Assembly (NCBI GenBank): GCA_050633245.1
Contig: JBOEGD010000002.1
Location: 119,006 to 183,005 of the forward strand
Source of the DNA: Calditrichia bacterium
GTDB lineage: Bacteria; Calditrichota; Calditrichia; RBG-13-44-9; J075
DNA: 64,000 nt
Reading direction: 5' to 3'
Position numbers and translations under genes: made by a program. The notes beneath the pieces were generated by a model. The model saw nothing but the letters and a program-made list of their open reading frames with translations. It did not search any database and was not told where the DNA came from. This document shows, piece after piece, positions 53,203 through 62,668 of this stretch. Each line of letters opens with the position of its first letter. Position 1 is the stretch's first letter.

Positions 53203-54532
53203 TATCTACCACACGTAACGTCTCAAATCGCCCTAGCTGCGGAATAACCGTCTCGGCATCCCCAACAACAACGATTTGCATACGCTGCTCGGTAAGGAAT
53301 TCTTGTGCAGTTTGCTGCACATCTTCCACAGTAACAGTTTCCAGATCATCCAGATAGCGATTCCAATAATTATCGCTGAAGCCATAGAGCGACTGTAGAA
53401 GAAATAAATTTGCCATGCCGGACGGCGTTTCACAACGCATCGGAAAAGCTCCGGCCAAATAGCGCTTGGCGCTCTGCAACTCGGCGGCGCTTGCGCGTGA
53501 ATCGCGCATGCGTGCAAACTCATCAAGGAAACCATCAATGGCTTCACCGGTTGAATCGCTACGCACCTCGGCTGAAGCAATCCAGCTTCCCGTGTCGCAA
53601 TAGACATCCAGCGAGCTGTAGGCGCCATAAGTAAGCCCCTTCTCTTCCCGCAGCGTTAAAAATAGTCGTCCGCTGCTGCCGCCGCCAAGAATTTGATTGC
53701 TAACCAGCGTTCGGCTATAGCGTTCATCTTTACGAGCGAACAACGGAACACCAAAAGATACGCTGCTCTGCACTGAACCGGGGCGATCGATAAATAGCAC
53801 GTCGGGCACGTAGATTGGTTCCGTGTTCAAGTCTATAATGGGAGCCGTACCCTGCCAGTTGGAAAATGCTTTCGCTGCCAAATCCATCGCTTGCTTCTCG
53901 GATATATTTCCGGCAATTACAACGAAAGAACCCGAGGGTTTTATATTGGCTTGATGAAGCTGTTGAAGGCCTTGTGGATTAATTGCGGCCAGTGTTTCCG
54001 CATCGGGAAAGTTTCCATACGCATGCGGCGAATACAGCTGACGCGCCATAAATTTCCGTCCAATATATGCGGAAGAACTCTTCTCATTTTCTAAATTTAC
54101 GATAGCGCGTTCCAGTTCGAGCGCAACTTCCTTCTCCGGAAAAACCGGATTGCAGAACATATCGGCAAGAAGCTCGAGTCCGGTTTCGGCAAATTCGCTT
54201 AAAAATTCGCCATAGCCATAAAAAAAGTCTTTAGACGTACTCGCCCCCAATGATCCACCGGTAAAGTCGATTTCTTCAACAAACTGCTGATAATTTCGAC
54301 TCCGGGTTCCTTTTTTCATCAAGGTGCTCATCATGTCCATACTGCCGGACAGCCCTTGCGGATCCAGTTTTTCACCAGCCAATAAACCCACTCGGTAATA
54401 GATCTTAGGAATATCAGACCGTTCGAAACTGATCACGGTTAAACCATTGGGCAGAGTGTTCACAGCGGCGTTGGGAAGGTGAAACTCCAGCATATTTTCA
54501 TCAATTGGTGGTTGCAGGCGTCTATTTATCAT
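53177..54532 (-). CDS. M16 (pitrilysin/insulinase) family peptidase, non-catalytic subunit
   Basis: LPNGL start, SGRLFLTLREEKGLTYG; HxxEH motif absent. Confidence 0.9.
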   Translation of the reverse strand: MINRRLQPPIDENMLEFHLPNAAVNTLPNGLTVISFERSDIPKIYYRVGLLAGEKLDPQGLSGSMDMMSTLMKKGTRSRNYQQFVEEIDFTGGSLGASTSKDFFYGYGEFLSEFAETGLELLADMFCNPVFPEKEVALELERAIVNLENEKSSSAYIGRKFMARQLYSPHAYGNFPDAETLAAINPQGLQQLHQANIKPSGSFVVIAGNISEKQAMDLAAKAFSNWQGTAPIIDLNTEPIYVPDVLFIDRPGSVQSSVSFGVPLFARKDERYSRTLVSNQILGGGSSGRLFLTLREEKGLTYGAYSSLDVYCDTGSWIASAEVRSDSTGEAIDGFLDEFARMRDSRASAAELQSAKRYLAGAFPMRCETPSGMANLFLLQSLYGFSDNYWNRYLDDLETVTVEDVQQTAQEFLTEQRMQIVVVGDAETVIPQLGRFETLRVVDIEGNEKSA

Positions 54533-55851
54533 ACGTTTGGCACATACTCGTTTTTGGAGGTTTCTGTGGCCGGAAAGACCTCAACTATGCTGCGGTTTTC
54601 CGGTTTCAGGTAAGTTTGAACAGCACGTTTAATGTCAGCTTCGGAGACCTTGTCATACCTATCCAGCTCGTTGTATATAAGAGCCGGGTCATCGAATACC
54701 ATGGTGTAATAACATAGCATTTCAGTTTTGTAATACACTTTTTCAAGCTTGGAAACAAACTCCATCTTAAACTGATTTTTTATTTTCTGCAATTCACGTG
54801 GAAGAATCTCCTCACGTAGCAGTATCGCAAGTTCATCGGCAATAACAGCCTCAATCTGCGCAGCTGAAACATCCGGCTTTAGCTGAGCAAACATAATCAG
54901 CGTACCGGGGCCGTGCTTATTATCCAGGCCACCGTAGAGATGCACTAGCAACTGTTCTTCCTGAACCAGGCGTCGATAGAGGCGGGAACTTTCACCGTCA
55001 AATAACATTTTTTCCGCCAGTTCCAGTGCGTAGTGTTCTGCAGTACCCTTTTTCGGCACATGGTAAGCACATATCCATGCGGGAAGCGGTGCGAACTGAT
55101 CGTACCAAATTCTGCGCTTCTCTGCCGTTTGCTCAGGCTCTGCCAGTTCAGGCACGGGAGGCGTATTGCCGGTGGCAATGCTTTCAAATTGTTCGCGCAC
55201 CAGCTGAAGTGTTGGTAAAATTTCCATATCTCCGGCAATTGCCAGAATGGCGTTATTCGGACAATAGAATCGCTGATGAAAATCAACGACATCCTGAAGA
55301 TTGGCTCCATCCAGATCATCCATAGACCCAATTACTGAATGTTTGTAAGACCAGTTTTCATACGCTAAATCATCCAGCATTAAAAATGCTAAACCATAGG
55401 GAGCATTATCAACATGGCTCTTACGCTCTTCTTTCACGGTATCCCGCTGATTCTCAAAATTGTCCTGCGTTAGAGCTAAGGAGCGCATGCGATCGGCTTC
55501 CAGCCACAATGCCAACTTCAGCTGATTGGATGGCATAACCTCGTAATAATTGGTGCGATCCTTACTCGTGGAGCCATTCATTGTTCCGCCGACATCTGCT
55601 ACCAGCTTCATGTGTTCAGATTTCCCAACATTTTCCGACCCCTGGAACATCATGTGTTCAAAGAGATGGGCAAAGCCACTTTTACCAGGTGTTTCATTGC
55701 GAGATCCCACGCGATACCAAAGATCGATTGCAACCAGTGGCGCAGCATGAGACTTCAGTAGAACAATCTGTAAACCATTCTTTAACGTAAAGCGAGCAAT
55801 TTGCCCTTCCTCTGGTTCTGTAGTGGGATTATGCAAAACCGTTTGCAACAT
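54529..55851 (-). CDS. M16 family zinc peptidase, catalytic subunit
   Basis: VGSRNE, AHLFEHMMF (HxxEH), RTNYYE, WLEADRM. Confidence 0.93.
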   Translation of the reverse strand: MLQTVLHNPTTEPEEGQIARFTLKNGLQIVLLKSHAAPLVAIDLWYRVGSRNETPGKSGFAHLFEHMMFQGSENVGKSEHMKLVADVGGTMNGSTSKDRTNYYEVMPSNQLKLALWLEADRMRSLALTQDNFENQRDTVKEERKSHVDNAPYGLAFLMLDDLAYENWSYKHSVIGSMDDLDGANLQDVVDFHQRFYCPNNAILAIAGDMEILPTLQLVREQFESIATGNTPPVPELAEPEQTAEKRRIWYDQFAPLPAWICAYHVPKKGTAEHYALELAEKMLFDGESSRLYRRLVQEEQLLVHLYGGLDNKHGPGTLIMFAQLKPDVSAAQIEAVIADELAILLREEILPRELQKIKNQFKMEFVSKLEKVYYKTEMLCYYTMVFDDPALIYNELDRYDKVSEADIKRAVQTYLKPENRSIVEVFPATETSKNEYVPNV

Positions 55852-56158
55852 GTAGGCTCCATTTTTATTTGTAAGAATGCATCCTGGGCATCAACTCCGG
55901 CGTTAATAATACGATATAGCGCAGCAGATTCAAATAAAAAAAAGGGAATGTTACAAACCGGGAATCTGTTGGTCTAATACTATGCAGCCTAAAGAAAAGC
56001 CGGGATGAGCAGGCTAAATTTGCCAAAAAATTTCAGTATTTTCTTAGCTTTATTTAACAATCGACAGCAGATCGCCTAAATAGTTTAAATTAAATTTTGT
56101 CGATTTCAGGATTTTTGTGTTAAATTGTACAGTTTTTTGGGATAGAAAAAGGGAACGT

Positions 56159-56836
56159 ATGACGCCAAGACAAATGACCAGTAAGCAAATCAACTGGACA
56201 ATCATTATCGGCATTGTCGCAACATCCTTAACTACGGGCATGTTGCTGCTAAGCCTGTTCCCCGATTATCGGGGTCTTATTACCTACGGATTGTTCAGCA
56301 TTCCTTCGCACATGCTTGTGGGATTGATCCCGCAGGAACCGATACTTCTTGTGGCGGCCAAATATGCCAGTCCACTTTACATTACTCTGGTAGCAGCTAT
56401 TGGCTACACTATAGCCAGCTTACTCGACTACCTGTTGCTGTTACCGCTTTTAAATCGCAATTTTATTCAAGACCGCATAGAAGACAGTAGTTTTTATCAA
56501 CGGGCCAGACGCTACTTTCGTAAGAGCCCATTTATGATATTGCTGGCTGCAAACGCACTGCCTCTCCCCTTTTATCCACTGAAATTCCTCAGCATTGTCA
56601 GCCATTATCCTTTCTGGCGTTACATTTCAGCCATGTTTTTGGGACGACTGCCGCGCTACTACCTGATCGCATATCTGGGATTTGCATTTGAATTTCCTAC
56701 ATGGGCGCTGGTTGCAATGCTGGCAGCATTTCTCTTACCTGCCTTAATACACAGGTTCTTCAAGTCGAATACAACAAGCGAACCCGAGGCGCAGAATTCA
56801 ATATCCAGCCAGGAAGACACTCAGCCCGTCTTATAA
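56159..56836 (+). CDS. VTT/DedA (SNARE-associated) domain membrane protein
   Basis: Multiple TM helices; PLPFYPLKFL...GRLPRY motif; start uncertain (56117-56174). Confidence 0.75.
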   Translation: MTPRQMTSKQINWTIIIGIVATSLTTGMLLLSLFPDYRGLITYGLFSIPSHMLVGLIPQEPILLVAAKYASPLYITLVAAIGYTIASLLDYLLLLPLLNRNFIQDRIEDSSFYQRARRYFRKSPFMILLAANALPLPFYPLKFLSIVSHYPFWRYISAMFLGRLPRYYLIAYLGFAFEFPTWALVAMLAAFLLPALIHRFFKSNTTSEPEAQNSISSQEDTQPVL

Positions 56837-56935
56837 GAATGTTAATTTAAAGGAAACAATCTTTGACGGCGGTCGTCTTTTATAAAAGCTTGTTACTTTT
56901 TTCTCAAGGCAAATCAAAGCAATCAGGAGCTGAAG

Positions 56936-57529
56936 ATGAGTAAAACGGTTGAGTCTGACCAGCCCGCAATAAGCAAAGCAAACCTGCAGGCCTTGTATAA
57001 ACACAATCGGATTTCCCGCGAGACGGTAGAAAATCTGCTGGCAAACTACACAGATGAGCAGCTGCACTGGAAGCCAGACGAAGGAACCTGGAGCGTTTCC
57101 GAGTGCCTGGATCATATTACAAACACTTCAATGGCCTATCTTCCGAACATCAAAGGAGCACTGGCGAAGGCCGAGGCTAAAAATATGACAAGCGATGCAC
57201 CGATGAAAGCCGGTCTTTTCGCGCGCTGGTTCATAAAAACGGTGGGCCCGAACTCCGCAATGAAGCTCTCTGCGCCCGGCATATTTCGTCCCACAGTAAA
57301 GCGCAATCCAGACTTCGCAGAAGCCTTTCGCACCGCACACGACGAGATTCAGGCGATGATTCTGGCAGCAGACAAATGGAACCTGAACAAGCCCAAGCTG
57401 GCCTCGCCAATCACCAGCCTGCTGCGTTTTTCTATTGGAGAAGCCCTGTGGCTGCAGGTAGCTCACACTCAACGCCATCTTCTGCAAGCAAGACGACTTA
57501 CCGAACGAGCGGACTTTCCAGCTAAATAA
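56936..57529 (+). CDS. DinB family protein
   Basis: WKPDEGTWSVSECLDHI, HTQRHLLQA. Confidence 0.9.
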   Translation: MSKTVESDQPAISKANLQALYKHNRISRETVENLLANYTDEQLHWKPDEGTWSVSECLDHITNTSMAYLPNIKGALAKAEAKNMTSDAPMKAGLFARWFIKTVGPNSAMKLSAPGIFRPTVKRNPDFAEAFRTAHDEIQAMILAADKWNLNKPKLASPITSLLRFSIGEALWLQVAHTQRHLLQARRLTERADFPAK

Positions 57530-57646
57530 AGTTCGAGTTAGATATGTGATTGGGCAGTTGGGCAGAAAAGAAAGTCAGAAACAGTCAGAGACAGATTTTT
57601 CTCATTATTCGCCCTGTCCCACATTCATTATGCTCTTCCACGTATG

Positions 57647-57787
57647 AATTAGGCAATTAGGCAATTAGGCAATTAGGCAATTAGGCAATTAGGCAATTAG
57701 GCAATTAGGCAATTAGGCAATTAGGCAATTAGGCAATTAGGCAATTAGGCAATTAGGCAATTAGGCAATTAGGCAATTAGGCAATTA
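57647..57787. repeat. Perfect tandem repeat (AATTAGGC)17 plus AATTA
   Basis: Directly visible: 17 complete 8-bp units from 57647 to 57782, intergenic. Confidence 0.98.
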
Positions 57788-57834
57788 ATCCTGCCGTCTG
57801 TTAGTTCCCGTCTGTTTTCTTCCGCTCATCTTTT

Positions 57835-57858
57835 CTGACACCTGACACCTGACACCTG
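57835..57858. repeat. Heptamer tandem repeat (CTGACAC)3
   Basis: ctgacacctgacacctgacacctg. Confidence 0.8.
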
Positions 57859-57995
57859 CCTTCAGTGTAGTTTCACACTAATTTCCACACAAAAACCAAA
57901 ATAATCATGTGCGTGATTGTGCAGTACGTCACTAAAGAAGCGCGGTTTTGTGACGATACCTAGTCTACACAAATAAATATTCTGTAAGGAGTTTG

Positions 57996-58199
57996 ATGAT
58001 GGAAAGACCACAATTTATTCGCGATGAGCATTTGACTTTGCTCAGTGACCTGGACAAAAAAGTAACTATGGATATGTTTTTAGCCGTTCCGCAGCTTAGG
58101 CTCAGCTTTCCGGAGCTGGACTCATACCAGGCGCAGCAAACGCTGTTATTCTGGATGCATGCCATTCACAATCCGGTTGAAGAACTGGTAGCCGTCTAA
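57996..58199 (+). CDS. Small hypothetical protein
   Basis: AAGGAG RBS; 66-67 aa, RPQFIRDEHL...MDMFLAVPQL...LLFWM. Confidence 0.65.
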   Translation: MMERPQFIRDEHLTLLSDLDKKVTMDMFLAVPQLRLSFPELDSYQAQQTLLFWMHAIHNPVEELVAV

Positions 58200-58282
58200 T
58201 GGCAAAAACTGAACGCGATGTGTCCTGCTGCACCAAAGCGGCGTAGCAGAGACATCGTTCATACAAGAGTAACGAGCGCGGC

Positions 58283-61030
58283 TTAGTGCGCTTCCAACCA
58301 ATTCGCTCCAACACCAGCATCAACCTTTAGCGGCACGTCCAACTCCATTGCACCTTCCATCTGCCTGACAACCAGCTCCTTAACCTGCTCCAGCTCACCC
58401 TCTGGCACATCAAAAACAAGTTCGTCATGTACCTGCAGAATCATTCGCGTCTCAAGCTTATGCTCGATTAGCTCATTGTGGATGCGAATCATAGCCAACT
58501 TTATCAGGTCGGCAGCGCTACCCTGAATTGTGCTGTTAACCGCGACGCGTTCTGCCGCTTCCCGAACATTGCGATTGGTGCTGTTTATTTCCGGCACGTA
58601 GCGTCGACGCTCAAGCAACGTGGTTACATACTTTTGATCCCGCGCGAAGTTAATGGTATCATCCATATACTTTTTGATCTTTGGGAAGCGATTAAAGTAG
58701 CTTTGAATAATATTCTCTGCTTCCGGCGGCGAAATCCCCAGGCGCGAGGCCAGGCCAAATCGCGAAATACCGTATATAATTCCAAAGTTCACATCCTTTG
58801 CCTTGCGACGCTGATCGGTCGTCACGTCTTCCAGTTTTTCATCGAAAATTGCAGCGGCAGTGGAAGCGTGAATATCTTCTCCGCGCTCGAAGGCTTCGCG
58901 AAACGCATCATCACCACAAATATGTGCCATCATGCGCAATTCAATCTGCGAATAGTCACAAGACAACATCACGCGTTCGGCCTCTGACGGCACGAACGCC
59001 TTGCGGATTTCACGTCCTTTTTCGCCACGAATTGGAATATTTTGCAAGTTCGGATCACTACTGGAAAGCCGGCCGGTAGCGGCGATCGTTTGGTTAAATG
59101 AGGTATGTAAACGCCCGGTGCGCGGACTAATCAACTTCGGCAGCGCATCGACATAGGTCGATTTCAGCTTATTCAGCTTGCGATAATCCAAAATTTTATT
59201 CACCATTGGATGCTTATCGTAACGCAGCAAAATGGCTTCTGTTGTAGAATATTGTCCGGTGGCGGTTCGCTTGGGCGTTCGCTTGCCTAATGCAACATGA
59301 ATTTCCAGCTTATCGAAAAGAATGGCACCCAATTGCTGTGGTGAATTCGTATTAAACTCTTCACCGGCCATCTCATAAATTTCACTTTGCAGAGCAACGG
59401 TTTGCTCACCCAGCTCCTTCGACATCTCTGCCAGGAATTCCGTATCGAGGCAAACGCCACTGCTTTCCATCTTCATCAACACATCGACCAGCGGCATTTC
59501 CACCTCATGCATTACGTAGGAAACACCCACCTTCTTCAATTCATCACGCAGGTTTTCGGCAAGCTGAAAGGTAATATCTGCATCTTCACCGGCATAGATA
59601 TTCAGCTGATCCAGCGGCACATCGGTCATCGACTTTTGATTTTTGCCTTTTTTCCCGATTAAATCAACAATGGAGATCATTTTATACGATAGATACTTTT
59701 CGGCCAGCGCATCCAGACTTAACTGTCGCGCACCGGGATCTACCAAATAGGCAGCAAGCAAGGTATCGAATTCCGCACCACGCAGCTTAATACCATGCTG
59801 GGCAATCATCAGGGCATCGAACTTCATATTTTGCGCGCCCTTGCGGATATTTGCATCCTCAAACAATGGCTTTAGAGTAGAGACAACAAGCTCTTCAGTT
59901 AATCCTGCCTCCGAAGTCATCGGCACATAATAAGCCTGATGTTTTTTCCAGGAAAATGCGAAACCAATCACATTTGAGCGCCAGGGATCAAGGCCGGTTG
60001 TTTCGGTATCGAACACCCAAAACGGCTGTTCCGCCAGGTCTGTTGCAAACCCCTTTAGCTTCTCCGGCGTATCGACCAAGTGATACTGTTGCTTTTTCTC
60101 ATCATAACCTGCCAACTCCGGAAGCGCATCCTCCTCACCTTCTTGCAGCGCGCGCGCCATGCTGTTAAATTCCAGCTCCTGAAACAGCTCCAGCAACACT
60201 TTCGCATCGTAGGTTCCGGCCTTCAGCCTTTCCAGATTCAGCTCTACCGGCATGTCAGTAACAATCGTTACCAGTTCACGAGACAGATCGGCCAGTTCAC
60301 GGTTTTCCCGCAGGCTGGCATTAACTGCCTTCTTGGTAATGTTGTCAATGTTTTCATAAACGCCTTCGATAGACCCGTACTCATGCAGTAGCGCCTGAGC
60401 AGTCTTTTTACCAACCTTTGGCACACCGGGAACATTGTCACTGCTATCTCCCATCAGCGCTAAATAATCAATAATTTGAGCAGGCGTAAGCCCATATTCT
60501 TCCTTCACATACGCCACATCAAAAATTTCGCGATCTTTGCCCGGTCTGGTGCTGTACATCTTTACATGTTCGGTAATTAACTGCATATAATCTTTATCAC
60601 CGGTGGCCATATAAACTTCCAGGCCGGCTTCTTCTCCCTGCTTTGCAAGTGCGCCAATTACATCATCGGCTTCGTAGGCATATTTGCCTTCTGCATCGTG
60701 AAAGGGACATTCGATTACCGGCACGTCAAATGCTTTTATCAGCTCCAGAATGCGGGGAAACTGCTCACGCATTTCATCCGGCATTCTCTCACGCGTGGCC
60801 TTGTATTCTTTATACATGGCATGGCGAAACGTGGGTTCTTTGCGATCGAAAACCACACCCAGGTAATCCGGCTTTTCATCCTTCAGCAGCTTATTCAGGA
60901 ATAGCGCAAAGCCATATGCGGCGCTGGTATTCTCACCTTTGGAATTAATGAGAGGATTGCGAATAAAGGCAAAGTAAGCGCGATAAAATTGAGCGGAGCC
61001 ATCGATCAAATAAAGTGTTTTGCGAGACAT
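58283..61030 (-). CDS. polA: DNA polymerase I
   Basis: LIDGS, EADDVIG, GDSSDNVPGV, DTETTG (3'-5' exonuclease), DYSQIELR, QVHDEL. Confidence 0.99.
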   Translation of the reverse strand: MSRKTLYLIDGSAQFYRAYFAFIRNPLINSKGENTSAAYGFALFLNKLLKDEKPDYLGVVFDRKEPTFRHAMYKEYKATRERMPDEMREQFPRILELIKAFDVPVIECPFHDAEGKYAYEADDVIGALAKQGEEAGLEVYMATGDKDYMQLITEHVKMYSTRPGKDREIFDVAYVKEEYGLTPAQIIDYLALMGDSSDNVPGVPKVGKKTAQALLHEYGSIEGVYENIDNITKKAVNASLRENRELADLSRELVTIVTDMPVELNLERLKAGTYDAKVLLELFQELEFNSMARALQEGEEDALPELAGYDEKKQQYHLVDTPEKLKGFATDLAEQPFWVFDTETTGLDPWRSNVIGFAFSWKKHQAYYVPMTSEAGLTEELVVSTLKPLFEDANIRKGAQNMKFDALMIAQHGIKLRGAEFDTLLAAYLVDPGARQLSLDALAEKYLSYKMISIVDLIGKKGKNQKSMTDVPLDQLNIYAGEDADITFQLAENLRDELKKVGVSYVMHEVEMPLVDVLMKMESSGVCLDTEFLAEMSKELGEQTVALQSEIYEMAGEEFNTNSPQQLGAILFDKLEIHVALGKRTPKRTATGQYSTTEAILLRYDKHPMVNKILDYRKLNKLKSTYVDALPKLISPRTGRLHTSFNQTIAATGRLSSSDPNLQNIPIRGEKGREIRKAFVPSEAERVMLSCDYSQIELRMMAHICGDDAFREAFERGEDIHASTAAAIFDEKLEDVTTDQRRKAKDVNFGIIYGISRFGLASRLGISPPEAENIIQSYFNRFPKIKKYMDDTINFARDQKYVTTLLERRRYVPEINSTNRNVREAAERVAVNSTIQGSAADLIKLAMIRIHNELIEHKLETRMILQVHDELVFDVPEGELEQVKELVVRQMEGAMELDVPLKVDAGVGANWLEAH

Positions 61031-61156
61031 GCTGTTCCCCGGTTGGAGGTGATATGTTTACGAACGGGAAGAAATATACAAAAAATTGAGGACGGTTAAC
61101 AAGATGGATTAATGGAAAAATGTTGTGAGGAGAGTTTTCATCAAGCCAAAATCGCG

Positions 61157-61693
61157 TCAGCCGCTTCCACTTTTCCAATCCGTAACGTGCAGCTGAAAAC
61201 GAACCGTTTTATAATGCTTTCCCATAGAAATTGCGGTAAAAATCTTTTCAAGTAATGGTACATGTGTCGAGGAGAAGCCAAGTTTTTCCATTACGCGAAT
61301 ACATCGCTTGTTTTCAGGAAAGCAATCGGCAACTACTTTTGCCACATCGCACTCATTGAAGAGTATATCGAAAAGCTGCTTCAGAGCGTCCGGCATAATC
61401 CCCTTTCCCCAAAATTCAGGTAAAAGATCCCAACCGCAATATCTGACGTCTTCTCCGCCAACAGTAAAATAGTACTGCGATATATATCCGACGACCCTTG
61501 CTTCAAACAAGACAGATGTCAGCTTAGATTGTTTCAATTTCTTCGGAGGCTTGCTAAAAAGCGCCTCTTTCCAACTCCTGATGTTTTCACCGCGCGCAAT
61601 GGGGTAATTCGCTTGCAGCACGAGTGGATTACTGCGTATTTCCCACAAGAGTGGCAGATCTTCCTCAAGAGCATCTCTAATTTCAATAGACAT
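61157..61693 (-). CDS. GNAT family N-acetyltransferase (RimJ/RimL-like)
   Basis: PEFWGKGI acetyl-CoA motif; ENKRCIRVMEKLGF. Confidence 0.85.
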   Translation of the reverse strand: MSIEIRDALEEDLPLLWEIRSNPLVLQANYPIARGENIRSWKEALFSKPPKKLKQSKLTSVLFEARVVGYISQYYFTVGGEDVRYCGWDLLPEFWGKGIMPDALKQLFDILFNECDVAKVVADCFPENKRCIRVMEKLGFSSTHVPLLEKIFTAISMGKHYKTVRFQLHVTDWKSGSG

Positions 61694-61696
61694 TGA

Positions 61697-62641
61697 TCAA
61701 AAAAACCTCCAGATAGCGGCTTCTAATTCAGCCAGCGTAAAGTCGACGGCTTCCGGAGCCAGACGCAGAGCATATTTTCGCAGGTTACTACACTCATAAA
61801 GTATTGTCAACAGCATCAGTTTGGCGCGTAGTTCGGCATCCAATTGAGACTCTTCATATCCATAGGCAAGTAGAAAGGCTCGCTGTAGCTCGCGATTCCC
61901 CTGTATCATCAGCACACCCGGCGCAACAAAATCGTATTCGACATTTCCGTGAAACGCATCTCCGAAATCAAATAAACCGCTAATCTGCCAGCGTCCATTA
62001 TTCTGTATCAACATCAAATTGCCGAGATGAATGTCGCCGTGAAGCAATACGGGCTTCTCTTTGCTGTCGAGAAGGTCGATTCTGTCGGACATATATTCTG
62101 GCAAACTCTCTAACCACTCCGGGTTAGCGCCGTTCTCCCGTTGACGGTCAATGCAGCTCTTGAACTGTCGCCGAAGGAATCCCTGCCAATCTTGATACAG
62201 TGCGGGCAATGTAGTGGAAGAGGCTTGGCTATGGAACTGCTTTAGTAACAATCCCAATTCAGTGGCAATATCAATCCGGTTCCCAAAAGACACTTCTGGC
62301 CAAACATCTTTTGCAAGTTTTCCATTCAGGCGCGTCATCATAAGATAGTTCCAACCGTCAACGTCCCCTTCAAAGCATATTTCCGGTGTAATCGTATCTG
62401 AAGCAGTTTGGACACTTAGCAAAACCGCTTTTTCACGCGCGAAGCCGTCGCGAAAGCCCCCGTATATTTTGAGGATAAGATTTTCTCCAACAAAGAAAAT
62501 GACGTTTTCACCATCCTTCGAACGCACCAACTGAGGGCTTGAGAGACCATGCCGGTTACAAATGCTTTGCGCAACAGAGCCCCATACCTCGCTGTGAAGG
62601 TGCTTTTTGAAATCTGCAGGCGTTATTATTCCAGCTGGCAT
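61697..62641 (-). CDS. Aminoglycoside phosphotransferase (APH)/choline kinase family protein
   Basis: ILKIY, LLHGDIHLGNL (Brenner motif), LFDFGDA. Confidence 0.87.
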   Translation of the reverse strand: MPAGIITPADFKKHLHSEVWGSVAQSICNRHGLSSPQLVRSKDGENVIFFVGENLILKIYGGFRDGFAREKAVLLSVQTASDTITPEICFEGDVDGWNYLMMTRLNGKLAKDVWPEVSFGNRIDIATELGLLLKQFHSQASSTTLPALYQDWQGFLRRQFKSCIDRQRENGANPEWLESLPEYMSDRIDLLDSKEKPVLLHGDIHLGNLMLIQNNGRWQISGLFDFGDAFHGNVEYDFVAPGVLMIQGNRELQRAFLLAYGYEESQLDAELRAKLMLLTILYECSNLRKYALRLAPEAVDFTLAELEAAIWRFF

Positions 62642-62668
62642 ACCATTCCTTTAGGATCATACATTGTG

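Noticed and set aside
57647-57787. CRISPR array
   Set aside because: The 8-bp units are contiguous with no spacers, and there are no cas genes.
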